Positions 37,363 through 51,860 are shown, counted from the stretch's first letter. The stretch is DNA of 64,000 bases from Amoeboaphelidium protococcarum X5 (GCA_023515725.1 JALDTO010000146.1:806001-870000), one strand, 5' to 3'. Notes: a model not told the origin generated them from the letters alone. A program made the numbers and translations.

Positions 37363-38847
37363 ATGAATCCTTATCATGATAGTTCATCTGGCTTATAAAG
37401 CAACAAATATCTTTCCAACACTTCCTCTAGTGGAACCAACAACTACTTACTTAAACAGGACAAATAATTGAAATCAGAAACGCTAAATCGAATCAATAGC
37501 GATCGGCAAGCTGTTTAAAAGTCTGTGAGCCTCTCTGATGGTAAAGAATTTTACTAGTCTACGCCCAAGATTACTAATAAGTACTTGAAATCATACGATG
37601 AATCTTCCTAAAGTGTATTCTTAAGTAATAATGTGCCACCTCAACCATAAAAGTAGGTTCCCAATTCTGATCGCGATGCTGATAGCCAAGAACCAATGCC
37701 GACCGAAGATGATCTTCATGTCGATCGGCTAACAAAGTTGAAACAATTAGAATTGGTCAAGTTGAACTAAAAACGCGCCCAGCTCTAAGCGTTGGTAAGT
37801 AGTGAGGATGATATAGATGCAAAGTCTGGTGGAGATGAAGATGAGTCGAGTCCTCAGACAGCTGACGATGATCAAAAATTTTAATTGATCGTCCCATTAC
37901 ATGAGAGCTTGAGCAAGTAAGCCGATCCAACTGCATCATTAGAAGAATAGAATGATGCGAATCCTGTGAATACTGACTAAATTAAAGAAATGATTAGAAA
38001 TAATTCGAATATACCCTAAGATGAAGAGGAGAAGAGGGGCTTCATGTTTAAAGCAATCTCTCCAAAGTCAGAGTTACAGTGCAGGATCTAGAGATAGCCT
38101 AATAAAGGTCCAAGTATGTAGTTTCCATTAATGGCCAAGTCTCAGTTCTCGTATAAGCTTTTCATTGACAAAGAGTCTGAGTAATAGAATAGCCATATGC
38201 TGACTGCTATAAAGATTAAAACTAATGGCTTAAATGGTGGATCAATATACGCGATAACTTGCCAGAAGAATATTCATAATGATTTGGAGTCAGGTAGACT
38301 GGTTAGCGTGTGTGCGTATCTAAAAGCCAATTTCCTGGGTACTGAATTCATTCTGTATGAGTATAAGTAATCGTTAGATAATGGCAGTTAAATATTGGAC
38401 GTTAATCAATAATCTCAGGGGCGGTAACTGATGGCTGTATTGTATGAGACCAATATGCTTGGCATGAGAGGTCCTCGTAAGATGACCATAATTACGCGGC
38501 GATAACAAGATGATGGCGTTAACAAGGAAGTAACAGACGAGCGCATTGATAATCTGGCTGAATCCTATCGAACGGGACTTTGGGACAATCTCAACATTAT
38601 GATTAACAAATAGCCAGTCTGGAATGAGGCAACTCAGGCGTATTGTTTAAACTTTCATGGTAGAGTCACGAGACCTAGTGTCAAAAACTTTTAAATAGTC
38701 ACAGAGGAGAAAATTGATTAAGTTTTGGTTCAGTTTGGTAAAATAGCCTCAAACTCGTTCACTCTAGATCTAAAGTATCCGTTCTGTCCTATTCAAGCAT
38801 TCGCTCTTGCTCTTAGTAGTTTTGACTCTAAACTAGCGTGTGAATGA
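37363..38847 (+). CDS. Tubby-domain protein (494 aa)
   Basis: [55 protein letters not shown] (last Q=TAA), ends [10 protein letters not shown]. Confidence 0.95.
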
Positions 38848-39238
38848 ATAATCTGTTAATTTTAATTTGCATTCATCATTAAATTTCTCACTTTTTTAAT
38901 GGAGATAGACAGTCAACCAAGCTACGTTTAGTGATCACTGCGTTTGTTTGATAGCATTCAATCACATCTCACATCGATCATCCCTCCGCCTGACAGTCAA
39001 AGCGCGTTTTTCAAAAGAGAGTACAGAGTACCGTCGTATTATGGTCCAGTAATAATATTTTGATCATATACGCCCTTGAATTTCATATTGCAATCAAGAT
39101 TCAATTGGAAATGTCTTTAATATAATGATTCAGCGTGACGTTTGAAACAATGAAATCGAGTGTCGGCATGAATTTTAGGACTATCTTTAGCCTCGCCTCA
39201 TCTCGGCTTCGTTGTGAATCAATTGTGAGATGCATGCA

Positions 39239-40177
39239 ATGAGCCTAAGATTATGGACTGTGACTTTATTCAGTTCAACTAAAATTGCTTAATAAACTCG
39301 GGATGAGATCAAATAGTTATTGCTTCAGTCAAGCGGCTGCAGTGTTGCAGCGATTAAAGTAATGAATGCTGATGGAACGTGTGTAGAGTTTGCCTTTGAA
39401 TGCGACTATTCTTAGATTGAGGTATTGCGCTAAAAGATCGTGGTAGAAGCTCGCGCATTATATGGCATAGACTTCGCTCTTTAAGAAGATAATGTCTTTA
39501 GGAAGTATAAGCGTTTAGTCGTGTTCGATATGGACTCCACTCTAATTTAGTAGGAAGTTATCGATGAGCTGGCTCGCTGCTTCAATGTTGTTGATCAAGT
39601 TTCTGCTATAACCGAGCGCGCAATGAATGGCGAAATTGACTTCAAAGAGAGCTTGCGATAGAGAGTAGCGTTATTGGATTAAAGTCCCGTAGAGGTCATT
39701 GATATAGTACGCGAGCGTATTTCCTTTACGCCTGGAGTCAGGGAGTTGTGCGCGGTGCTGAAAACTCTCGGTTATAAACTTGCAGTCCTCTCTGGTGGCT
39801 TCCAAGTGCTGGCTGACTATGTCAAGTCTGAGTTGAATTTGGATTACGCCTTTGCCAACCATCTTGAGGTATCCTCAGATGGAAAGTTGCTGACTGGAAG
39901 AACTAGCGGCACTATTGTTGATGCTGAGCGTAAAGCTGATCTACTTCAAACCATCGCGAAGATTGAAGGTGCATGTAGGGAGCAGATAATCGCTGTCGGT
40001 GATGGAGCGAATGATTTGCTGATGCTACAGGCAGCTGGTCTTGGTGTGGCATTCAACGCAAAGCTAAAGGTGTAGAAGCTGGCCCAAGTCAGTATTAACT
40101 AGAAGAATATGCTGTGTCTATTACATCTCTTGGGTTTAACATCTCAAGATATTGAAGACTTGTAAAAGTTAAATTGA
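39239..40177 (+). CDS. SER2: Phosphoserine phosphatase, SerB/Ser2 type (HAD family, 312 aa)
   Basis: RLVVFDMDSTLIQQEVIDELA (QQ=TAG TAG), AVLSGGF, AVGDGANDLLM, GVAFNAK. Confidence 0.95.
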
Positions 40178-40229
40178 TCGATTCACGGTAATGTATCTAG
40201 TATATAAACTCATTGCGTAGAATGCGAGT

Positions 40230-41775
40230 TCATAACATTAAATTCAAAGGATTCTCCAGATTCTCCTTGAACTTTGCCAACCATTGCGCTCCAACAGCAC
40301 CATCGACAGTTCTATGATCACAACTCAGAGTGACATGCATAGTCTACACAATCGCGAATCCCTTCTCAGACTCGCTATCAGGCACCATTCTCTTCTCGGT
40401 GGCACCAACTGCCAATATACATGACTGCGGAGGATTAATGATTGCAGTGAACGACTTCACACCATACATACCAAGATTGGAGATGGTAAAAGTACCGCCT
40501 TGATACTCCTGAGGTTGCAACTTATTCTGTCTAGCCTTTGCCGCCAAATCTTTCACACTCTGAGATATAGAAGCTAGACCTTTCTGGTGAGCATTCTTCA
40601 CAATAGGGGTGATCAGTCCAGACGGAGTGGATACAGCGACACTGATATCAACATTGTGATATCTTCTAATCACAGAGTCCAACCATGCAGAGTTGACTTC
40701 AGGAACTTCCTTCATTGTCATGGCGGCCGCCTTAATGATAAAGTCATTGACTGACAATTTGAATTTGCCATCAGCCTGCTCATTGAACACCTAACGCAAC
40801 TTCAGAACCTTATCCATAACCACTTCAGTCGTCAGATAGTAATGAGGCAACTGCTACTTGGACTCTTGCAATCTAGTGGCGATAACCTTGCGCATATTAG
40901 TTATTGGGATATCTTCGTACTCTCCACCCTGAGGCGCAGCTGCCTATTGTTGCTTCTAGCCTACTGGCTGTGCATTACCACTAGCGCTAGCAACCGAGGG
41001 CTTCTTAAAATTCTCAATGTCACTCTTTACAATTCTGCTATTAGGACCGGAACCTTTAACGTCCGATAGATTAATAGAACGTTCACCAGCCAACTTACGC
41101 GCCACAGGACTTGCGAAGACGCGATCCGATTAGAAACCTTGATCCTGAGCAGAGTCGCTCACACTGGTGGACTAAATAGATGCATCAGCTTTCGATTCAA
41201 CTTGCTCCGGCTTATTATCGACCATCTGCTTCTCAGAACTGCTCGACTTTGCAGGCGACGCTGCATCAGAAACCTTGAAATCTTAAAACTTCTCTACATC
41301 CTCCTTGTCTTCTACCATGACAGCGATCGGAGTATTAACGCCAACATCCTTCGCTCCAGCATCCACCAGAATCTTGGCAATAAATCCCTCCTCCTGACAT
41401 TCAAAGTCCATCTGCGCCTTGTCCGTCTCGATCTCCACCAGAACGTCACCGGCCACCACCTCATCGCCAACCTTCTTATGCCAAGTTCCCAGATTACCGC
41501 TGGTCATTGTTGGACTTAGAGCGGGCATCTTTATAACATTATGAGCTGGAAAATCTACATAGATGTTAATGGCTTTGGGTTGGCGTGTAACTATGAATAT
41601 TACTGTAATCGAGATCAACAGAGTTGTTACCTTTAGCCGCGTAGAACCTCAACTACTGCTGCTACTGCTGAACAGCGTGAATGCGACTGACATTCTTCAA
41701 AGCGCCGCCAAATGTTAATCTGGCACTGCCTCCGATAGCAGTTGATTTCTGAATTAATCTTCTAAAGTTTTACAT
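40230..41775 (-). CDS. LAT1: Pyruvate dehydrogenase E2 dihydrolipoamide acetyltransferase (489 aa); intron 41555-41630
   Basis: Mitochondrial presequence, MPALSPTM, lipoyl site [28 protein letters not shown]. Confidence 0.97.
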
Positions 41776-41968
41776 CTTCAATCACTAATAGACTCACAAA
41801 AATTCAGATAACTTTCTGATCAAAGAATCGGTTGAACGACGACGAGCGATAAAAGTCTCTTCATAACGATCAGACTAAACGTAACGCGTTAACAGGTAAA
41901 TACTTAACGCTCTAAAATAGCTAACCTCAAAGTAAAAAAGGTAAGACAAATAAAAGGAATTTCATTAT

Positions 41969-43108
41969 TCATACAGCACTTTAATGGAACACCTTGGCTA
42001 TTTTGTACACTTCTTAAGTAGCCGATTTCCATATTTCACCGCCTATAATATTTCTGTCATCCCCGTACTGACTATCATTGCGCCAGTAAAGGTATCCAAA
42101 CACGGCACCTCCTAGATGCGCTGCATGATCAAGTCCACTCATAGCAGTGCCGCGAGATAATACGATCCTCGCAAGCATTAGAGAATCGAATGCAATCAAG
42201 CATTTAAACCCGGACAATATAGGTAGAGATAGACCGGGGAGGAAGATGACAGAGAGCATCGTGTTCGGACTTGATGTGAGTGCAGTGTAAGTGAGAACTG
42301 CATACAAAGCACCAGACGCGCCCAACGATCCTTGACTTACAAAATGAGTGTACCTAGAAGCCAGCAATGTTTTCAATGAGCGGCTCAAAAGGGCAGCCCA
42401 AATGCCAGCGGAGGTGTAAAATGCAAGTCCTTCCAAAGATTCACCGCTAATGTTGATGTTGCTGAATATCGAGTCAGAAGAAGATGGATCTCCTCTTCTT
42501 ATTATGTGACGATGATGATGCTTGGACATGACTTCTAATACATGAGGCATGAATGAGCTCAAAGCGTACATGTTAAAGGCTAAATGAAGAAATGATATGT
42601 GCGACCAAGACGATCCCAACAGAGCAGATGGGCTGGATGATGCAACATTGTCGAGAAAGTACTTTTGCATAATGCGCTCTTAAAATCGCCTGATAGGTAC
42701 TCGCCATCCAATAAATACCAAAGCATTCACGGCTATTATACCAGCAGCCAATCGCTTGTACTCATCCGCGTCTGCCCATTTATCAACCATGATATGACTG
42801 TAATCTTTTAGTATACTCGGAACCAATGAGGAAGACTCCATCTTTTCATGCCATAATCTCCTCCAAGAATTATCGTTACCTCCAAGCTATATAGAACGGA
42901 AAGACATTGAGCCAAAGAGCGTCTTCAAAGTCATATAATTTTGCAGATCATTCCATCTAGGCCACGATCTATCACCATTCGGTGTGTAATTATCACCGGA
43001 GAAATCTCTAACAGACTAGACAATATCCAAATACACAGCGGCGCCGTAGATTACAGTAGAGCTAGTTGCAGCAAAAATCGCTGGTCTTATGAGTCCTCTG
43101 ACTACCAT
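41969..43108 (-). CDS. PARL: Mitochondrial-type rhomboid protease PARL/Pcp1 (379 aa)
   Basis: SHISFLHLAFNMYAL, catalytic SLGASGA and DHAAHLGGAVFG. Confidence 0.9.
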
Positions 43109-43256
43109 CCTTTAACTATATTCTACTTTTAGCAAACTTAATAACGATTTACTTCTCGCCCTCTGATCAAATCAAGATTGATTGCGTCACGTTACTAAAC
43201 TCACTTTATAAAGTTTTTATTTTTGAGAGGAAAATATAGTTGAACTTAATAACGAA

Positions 43257-44243
43257 ATGAAGGGAAAAGTTTTGTCTATTTAATCGCATGTGGTGTCGGG
43301 ATATGTGGGTAATAAAGCAGCTGTTCCAGCTCTGCTCTTCAATGGATTTGATGTTGATAGCATAAACACAGTGTCTTACAGCAATCACACTGGATACTCG
43401 CGAATCTAACGCGATGATTTAAGTGATGACTTTATTGGATGGAAGGGAAGAAAGTCAACGGCGCAAGATATCTCTGAACTTTTGGATGGTTTGAGAAGGA
43501 ACCAGCTCTTGAGATATGATTACTTGCTGACTGGTTACGTTGGGTCTGCTGATGCATTGAATGCTGTGGCCGCGGGGATTGAACAGATAAAATCCTTAGG
43601 TAGTGGCGATGTATTTTACGTTCTAGATCCAGTAATGGGTGATAATGGTAAAATGTATGTACCTGAAGAAGTGCTTCCTATCTACCGCGATCGGCTGCTT
43701 TAGCTTGCGAACGTCATCACACCTAATCAATATGAAGCTGAATGGCTTAGTGGATAGACGATTTAATCTGAAAGTGATATTTTACGCGTATTCGACATCC
43801 TTCACGCAAAAGGCGTGAAAAGGATAGTGATATCGTCCGTAGAATTTCCTTAATAAGGCGTTGTACAATCAAGTTCAAGCAGTTAGTTGCATCTATTTGC
43901 TTCTGATTTAACTAGTGGCGAGCGATTCAAGATCTCTTTCAGCAAGATTGAGGGCAACTTTACTGGAACTGGTGATTTGTTTAGTGCCCTTATTCTTGCA
44001 TTCGGCGCTGGAAAGTGCACCGCTAAATTCAATCTTAGGCAGTCTTGTGAGCTAGCATTGTCAACTGTACATGAGATATTAAAGACTACAGTCAAGACGG
44101 CCGAATTGGATGAACGACAGCTGAAGGCGGATGGCTAATCTGTCAATAATATCACAAAAATGAGACTCAGCGAACTGCGTCTTGTTGAGTGCAGAGATAT
44201 AATCATGAATCCTACAGTGATCTTTAAGGCCTAGGATCTTTGA
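43257..44243 (+). CDS. PDXK: Pyridoxal kinase (328 aa)
   Basis: [18 protein letters not shown] (Q=TAA), [36 protein letters not shown]. Confidence 0.96.
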
Positions 44244-44284
44244 TAATAGAGAATAACTATATAGTTCTTACTTAACGAATACTG

Positions 44285-44980
44285 TCATTTAAAATCAATC
44301 TCCGGCAATTGTCCCTTCTTCTTACTTTATCGAGTTATTCTTGACAGTAAAGATTTTTTAATCTTTGGTATTCCGTCGTTCTACGCTGGCGACGCGTCTG
44401 CCGTTTCATTAACTGCCACTTTTGTAGGTGATGTCGGACGAGAGAAGAACCTGAATACAGACCTCTTGGTGGGAGATGGCGTTCTTGACTATTCTGGCGC
44501 AGTTTGTGCTTCTTTTATATTCTACACGTGAGATTAATTGAATTAGATGTTTAGTCCCAATATCATAATCATACCTTTACATTCTGTTCGTCAATATCGT
44601 TCTCTGGAATTTTGATTTGTAGGAGCGGTTTAGAATTTGTAGGCTACTCATCAGTAAGCTTAACACATTCAGATATATCTTCACCTTTCACCCTCACATC
44701 AATATCATGAAAGTGCGCAAGCAGTAATTTTAAATCTTCCACTCTTTTCTTCAAGTCTTGGTGTTGCATTTCTAACAATTTATCAACTATATCTGACTAT
44801 TCTTCAAGCTATTGTATCAATGTATAATTGTCGCTGAATAGTAACTCTCTCTGTCTCAGTCTACAAATTCTAGTACAATATGGCATTAAAAGCCTTTTAA
44901 TTACATCAATCTTACAGCTCTTTGTGCTTTCGTTAGAATTACTGCTGATAATAATCCCACTCTACTTCTGTCATATTCAT
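44285..44980 (-). CDS. Hypothetical coiled-coil protein (198 aa); introns 44870-44915 and 44522-44574
   Basis: Three exons (65+295+237 nt) join in frame over GT-AG introns and end in TGA. Confidence 0.6.
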
Positions 44981-45340
44981 AGTTTCAGTTTGATACAATA
45001 TAATGGTCATATGCGCATTAATTCGATATAAAAGCGATGTTGATCAGTTTCATGACCATTTTCGTAAAGTTGAAACATTCGCCATGACAACCTTAAACGA
45101 GCAGGACTTACATCTGAATGGATAATTGGGCAATCCTACTGCACTGCTTATAGAAACTTGATTGCTTCTAAGCAATTAGACTTCAAAGATTGATTTTATT
45201 TGTGTTCAGTAGTATCTATATCAAATCAAATTCAATGAGCTTTGATTTTCAAGAAATTCTCACGCCTCATAACGCTTTAAGTAAAGCACTCTTTTACATT
45301 TCGTTTTGTCTTCTTACAATGAAAATATCGCTGAAGATTA

Positions 45341-46795
45341 ATGGACGCGCAACTTTAACATTTGGCCAACTAGTCCAAGTTGGACATTAAATCTCAAGAA
45401 TTTGCTTAATATTTAGATAAAAAAGATTAGCTGAGAGAGTACCGTCAAAAATTTTCTATTCCATTGGCAAGCAATGTTGATGGTAAACCGCATGATCCGG
45501 ATGCCTCTGTCGATCAGAATACTCGCACTAGTGCTCCAGATAGATTAGCAGTGAATGGAAATCTGAATAAAGAGAGCGAATGTATTTATCTTTGCGGTAA
45601 TTCACTTGGTTTGTAGCCCAAATAGACTCGCCGTCTGCTTAATGAAGAGCTAGACGTGTGGGACGAGATGGGAGTGCACGGACACTTTAATCATCGCCAT
45701 CAGAGACCGTGGGTGTCCATTGATGATCACGTAACAACTGCTATGGCCAAAGTCGTTGGCTGTAAAGATTCTGAAGTTGCTGTAGCGAATTCGCTGACTG
45801 TCAATCTCCACCTCCTCATGGTCTCGTACTATAGACCGACAGCGACGCGGTACAAAATTTTGATTGAAGATCACGCCTTCCCCAGTGATTAATATGCCGT
45901 ATAGAGTCAGATCAAATTTCATGGCTATGATCCTGCGGATGCTCTCCTGACAGTAAAGCCGCGCAATGAAGACGACGGTATAATACACCATGAAGACATC
46001 GTGAAGTGTATTGAAGAGCAAGGAGAATCGATCGCTCTTATTCTGTTCAGCGGCGTTTAGTATTATACAGGACAGCTGTTCAATATGAAGGATATTACGA
46101 GAGCTGGTCACGCTAAGGGATGTATGGTGGGCTTTGATCTTGCGCATGCTGTTGGTAATGTTCCCCTGCACTTACACGATTGGGATGTTGATTTTGCGGC
46201 CTGGTGCTCGTATAAGTATCTCAACTCTGGTCCTGGTGGTATTGCGGGTCTGTATGTGAATGAAAGACATCTGGGTGTCAACAGTAGTCAGTATGTACCG
46301 AAGCTGTATGGATGGTGGTCTAACAAGAGTGAGAGTAGATTCCAGATGAAGTCGCTAATTGATCCGCTGGAAACTGCCCAAGTTTACAGAATGTCCAATC
46401 CTTGTGTGCTCGCCGTTGTTGCTCTCTATTCCAGTCTACTGATATTTGACCAGGTGGGCATGGATGCTTTAAGACACAAGAGTCTAATGCTAACTGGGTA
46501 TTTGGAAATGTTATTAGAGCGTGAATTTTTATAATCTCAATAACAACAAGGGCCAAACGCAACATTCCAGATTGTCACACCGGGAGATGTGTAATAGAGA
46601 GGTTGTCAGTTGTCGTTAATTTTCAAAAAGGACATTAAGCTGATATTCGATAGATTGACATCGTATGGGGTGGTGTGTGATGAACGCAAACCATATTGTA
46701 TCCGTGTCGCTCCTGTGCCTCTGTATAACTCTTTCAGCGATGTGTATTAATTCGTTCAGCTGTTGAAGAAGGCTATCAAAGAGACATCGCTGTGA
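45341..46795 (+). CDS. KYNU: Kynureninase (484 aa)
   Basis: [11 protein letters not shown] (Q=TAG), [50 protein letters not shown]. Confidence 0.97.
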
Positions 46796-46874
46796 TAATA
46801 TTAAATGCGTGATTAATTAAAAAGAATGTCTCAAACTCCAATAATCTTTTAAGAACAGATACCATATCACTCAC

Positions 46875-48764
46875 TCATAATCTTGCCTTAATTAGTTCTC
46901 CTTGATTATCGCCAACGTTATACTCTTCCCAATCTTTGGCGATAGGAGCATGTAACATATGCTCAGGTATACCAAAAGAGTCAACCAAGTGATTAACTTG
47001 TGGTGCCAACTTTGCAATCAGAGATCTTAACAGGTCAGGCAATTGAGCTCCCAGCTTCACACTTACGAAGCCATTCACAATAAAGAAAGATAGATCCTGC
47101 TCAATGCTGTGCAAAGCATAGATCACGGTCACTTGCGTCAGAATATCCTTAATTGCAGCATTATCTCTCTTCTCCAGCTAAGCAATACATTATGTCAGAG
47201 TCATTCGTTCACCAAAAGAACGAGCAGACATCTAAATACTATCACTCTCCTCCTTCATCCAGACATCGAACAGAGGCTTCCCCTGACCTTTCATCTTATC
47301 ATTCATAGACTTGCCTAATTGAGAGACCACAAACGCTTCTCTAGCCTCAAACAACTTCAACAAACTGCCCAATTTAGTCAATTCGGATACATTGTCGCCC
47401 ACGACACCTGCACCGCCAGCAGCATGCTTGTGAAACTACAACTTGTACTTTCCTCCCTGAATAGCGGCCATTAGTTCCTTAGTGACCTTCTACATAAGGA
47501 CTGAATTATCACCCTCGGCAGTCATACCGGCATGAGAGAAACCAATATTCTAGCCCAGACGATTACATGCAAGATATCCTTGACCACCACAGCGCTCACG
47601 ACACACAGAGGCAACACGCTCAAAGTTCCAAGTCACCATAGGCTTGATAACACAACACAGACGAACAACTTCCTCATGATCTTGCGGGGAATCATTAATC
47701 CAGCGCTCCTTGCAATAGTTGAGAGCGATATGAAGACACATCGTTCTGGCTACTAGAGGAACAATGGCTCTCTGCTGCAATTGATAATCAAAGATTGGAG
47801 TATCAGATTTGCCTTGAGGACCAACAGTGAGACGAGAGATGGCGTACTTGACAGCGATAGCCAGGCACAGTCTAGCAGCGGATCCATTCATTGATGCAAT
47901 ACATAAGCGTCCACTCAGAAGCTGATCTGCCACAGTCAGAAATCTCATTCTCTTATTCTTGATCTAACTCACAAACTTTCCATCTTCAGTAACATCAGAA
48001 TAACGATTAAGCAGATTCTCGCGGGGTACACGGACATTCTTGAACCATAGCTTACCATTATCCACACCGTTGCACTCAAACTTGTATCCCATATCCTAAA
48101 TAACTACACCAGGACTCACGGACATGTCTTCCTCTCTGATACGCACCAAGAACACATGAATACCCTCATGATTACCATTAATATGCAACTGAGCAAAAAC
48201 AACGGCCCACTTGGCATGCACAGCACTATTGGTGATCCAATACTTTTAAGCCAGCGTGGTAGGAGTATTGATGATAAACTCTTTAGTCTTGGCATCCCAC
48301 ACAGCGGTGGTCTACATCTCGACAGCATTATTACCAAAGCCCAGCTCAGTCAAAGCAAAACAACCAACCTGGTCCAGACTATCAATACCTGGGATGAGTT
48401 TACGGTGTCTCTCTGTGCCCAGCTTAATCACTGTACCTCCAAACAGGTTGAACTACACCGTCATCTTAGTGGCCATGGAACCATCAATCAGACCAGCGGT
48501 TTCATGAGCGGCAAATACATTCAGAGGATTCTACTCAAAGTCTGTCACACTAATGTATCCAGCCTCACAGATACGCTTCAATCTCTCCAGTGCCAGTTCC
48601 CTCTCGTATCTCAGACTGACGTCAAAACGAGGAATGAACAGAGGGTCCTTGACAAACTCTTTGAACGCCTCTCTCTTCTCATGATTATCATGATCAAGTA
48701 GATGCTACAGTTGCTTTAAATCAAACGATGGCTACCCAGTGTAAGCTGATTACTATTTCGTCAT
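46875..48764 (-). CDS. Peroxisomal acyl-CoA oxidase (629 aa) with C-terminal PTS1 (-ARL)
   Basis: [38 protein letters not shown]; ends KARL-TGA. Confidence 0.93.
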
Positions 48765-49046
48765 TGCACTTGTATTACTTTAGATAGTATTTGAATTCCC
48801 ACACAGAAAATCTAAGCGCCAAGCAAAGAACGAGAGCAGCCGAAGAAAACGAGCGACGAAGACGGGAGAACAATCTCGTGACTCTGGCTCTTAATTTTGC
48901 ACTTGTTTGTATGTAGGACGTTCGATTGATATCAGTGTTGTTGTGTATTGCTTTGGCTGTGGTAATTTAATCATTGATGACGCTGTTGGAGCAGTTGGAG
49001 ACCGTTCTTTCGATTTACAGCGATTACGCGTAATCCGGACATTATA

Positions 49047-50890
49047 ATGACATTTGAGTCATCGTATTCCCAAGGCTTGCGAAGACTGTCTACAATGTAC
49101 GTGGCAGTTTGGTGTACGATATTCTACACATTGTCATGGCCCAATGTGTGAATAGGGATATGAGGGAGACAGAGGAGAGAACACAGTTCCTTGCATTGAT
49201 CGAGTCGTTCCACGGCATGCTGAAGACAGAAGCATTACAGCTTAGCTTTCGAAATAGTCTAGTTGAATGCTCTATACGTTAGCTATCCAGTAGCTGCCAC
49301 AACAATGATGTGCTTGTAAAAGAGAATGCGGCTTTAGGCTCCTTGTAAGAGTCAATCATATGAACTGCGATAGCCGGTTTGGTGATGCCAAAGTCCATTG
49401 GTTAAGGACTGTCAACTAGTGTGCAATAATCATCATCATCTCCTAGTTTGCAGTGAATTCAATGTCCATTGCTTTTTTGTCGATGTTTAATCCTGGCTGC
49501 ATCACATTAGTCGTTGCTAAAGATTACCTCCCATTCATTGCTGCCTGTTGCCAGTAAGATTTAGTGTATACAGTTCAGACTATACACCATAGACTTGAGG
49601 TTGATGGATCAAGTTTTGGGAGTAGACGCTTTTACAAAGCCACAATATCCAATTGGATCCAGTAGTCATTGTACTTCAGCGAGGCAGAGATTAAGGAAGA
49701 TATCCAGCCATTTAGTTAGTAACTACAAAACGCCCTTAGAGCGAACAAAGGCTGCTTAATGGTTACCATGTGTCCTTTCTAAGCTGGTGATTGGATAGGT
49801 GCACAGCTACGATAGCGAGTCGCGGTCTTACGGTACACAAGGTCAGATGAAAAGATTGCACACAGGTTACTCCGGCGTGTCTGGTTAAGACTCCTCTTGA
49901 AAATACATCTGCTGTTGCTGAAATGATCATATTCCTAGATCCGGAATCATTGACTTTGGATAGTGTGATTTGCACACTTTTACTGTGTCTATATATGTTT
50001 GATTGGCTTTACGGTGTCAATTTGGTATGATATTCATCCAGCAGCCTTGTCAGATCTTTATGAAAATATGAACAGGTGTATCTCGAGTTACGCTAGGGGC
50101 CAGTCGTTGTTTCGTTACATGCGAAGGCAGTGACTTGCTAACGATGCCTTGTCGATCGCGAACGGAATTGGAGCGAATAGTCACCGCATAAGTTGCTAGT
50201 AATGATTAATCTGTTGTCGTATATAGTGATTCAAAGCTTTTAGAATGAAAGTTTCTAATCGGTGTGTAAGGAATCAGCAGAGAACGTCCAAGTCTCTAAC
50301 TGTTGTCAAGTGAAAGTTGATTGACGCGACTGGTTTTTCAAATGATTAAGCAGCTTTAGCAGCACTCTATCTAGATTGACGGCGCCAAAGTTATATGGAC
50401 TGTGAACTATGTACGCTCTTAGCTCCAGATTGAAAGTATAGGCATTGTATTTCGAGAATTGGGATCGCGCGGCGATTAGGACCAACCCGTACTCATGTTG
50501 ATTCAAGCGACGCGGCTTGATAACGAGCACATCCTCATCAGACTATTCTGCACAGTTGTAAAGTTGTTAAAGACAGAATTTTTTAAAGCAGAGAACATAT
50601 GACTACGAGGACAATATGTCCGTAAGCTGATCAACTCGCGCTCAAGTTGCGGACCACTTGTCGTTACTCCATTCAACCTCAGAAGTAATATCGTTTATTT
50701 GGTACCAAATAAACGATTGTAAAATATGCCTTGAAGATGTCCAAACAGATCTTAAACACGCCCTGATATTCTTCACTAGTGATTGTGCTCTGCAGTTCTC
50801 TATTGAATCGTGCCATGACGAGTCTTGGCCATGTCTAACATGTGTCTAGAATGAGCATGATCATCTCGTTTCAATGATGATATAAAGCTG
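49047..50890 (+). pseudogene. Probable decayed gene of unknown family; right boundary approximate
   Basis: Protein-like open stretches interrupted by in-frame TGA at 49361 and 49454 and by frame changes; no recognisable domain. Confidence 0.3.
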
Positions 50891-50959
50891 AACACATGTT
50901 CCTGGTAGCTTTCACGTTTCACCCTTGTCTGTGTTCAGGTTTGATGCTTGTTCTTCGAT

Positions 50960-51343
50960 GATTCTGATCTTTGACACCTGACCTTTGACACCTTTAACCT
51001 TTGAGCCTTTGATGTTTCACTTGGTCTCCATTTGAAACTTCAAAGTGTCAAACCATGTATATATATCACGAGATATTTTCAAAATAAATTAATTAATTAA
51101 AGGTGAATGAGAAGGTGAAGGGTAGAAGGTGAAGCATCAAAGGTCAAACATATAAAGGTCAGGCATCCAAAGTTATAGGTACAAAGGTGAAACATACAAA
51201 GGTCAAACGCATAAAGGTCAGGCATGCAAAGGTACAAAGGTAAAAATGCGCAAGTATACAAAGGTACAAACATGTAATGGTGCAAAGGTGCAAAGCTATT
51301 AATTATTTAAATTCCGAATTTAATAGTTCCCTATATATACATG
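50960..51343. repeat. Bipartite AAAGGT/ACCTTT repeat array around an AT-rich core
   Basis: About 10 exact AAAGGT copies in roughly 15-nt units at 51099-51290; inverted ACCTTT copies at about 50980-51010; inverted repeat CATGTATATAT 51054-51064 / 51333-51343. Confidence 0.85.
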
Positions 51344-51860
51344 TCTCATGGTGTTGGATTTGTTAAGATGAAACCAAAAAGGTAAATTATATCTTTCGAT
51401 AATACTGACTTTATTCTCAATTGAGATGAAAATATTTTTCACACTTCAACCTAAGCCACTCGGATCAGTGACCCCTGAACCGACAACCGAAGCTCTGGAA
51501 CACCAACCTTCACAGGATTTTCAAGTAAAAATGTAATGGTGTTAACCTATGTATTTGTTCTCAAACGGGAAGAAATTCATTATTCATTCTAACTAGAGGT
51601 CGTTCGCTAAGATCAATATAGACTCCAGCTAATCAGCCTTGATCAATATCACTGCTATCCAATCTTCGAGTTTTAATCTCTGAAACGACCAATCACGATT
51701 CCGTGATACACTCAGATTCCAACATTAGCCAAACAAATCAACACACTGCAATGGGAGGGAAGACACTTCATTGGTACTGATTCCATCCCACATTCCCATG
51801 CCTCCATTCCTTTGAATAAATAATTTTTATCATGAAAGATTATCTATTTTGAAATATACC

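Noticed and set aside
23966-46795. Metabolic clustering (PHGDH with SerB; PDXK near PLP-dependent KYNU)
   Set aside because: The genes are separated by unrelated housekeeping genes; this is compatible with chance in a compact genome.
51099-51296. CRISPR-like array
   Set aside because: Units are short, degenerate and adjacent, with no unique spacers and no cas genes.
51606-51621. GCTAAGATCAA, an 11-nt match to U2 snRNA
   Set aside because: The branch-pairing GTAGTA, stem I and Sm site are absent; likely chance.
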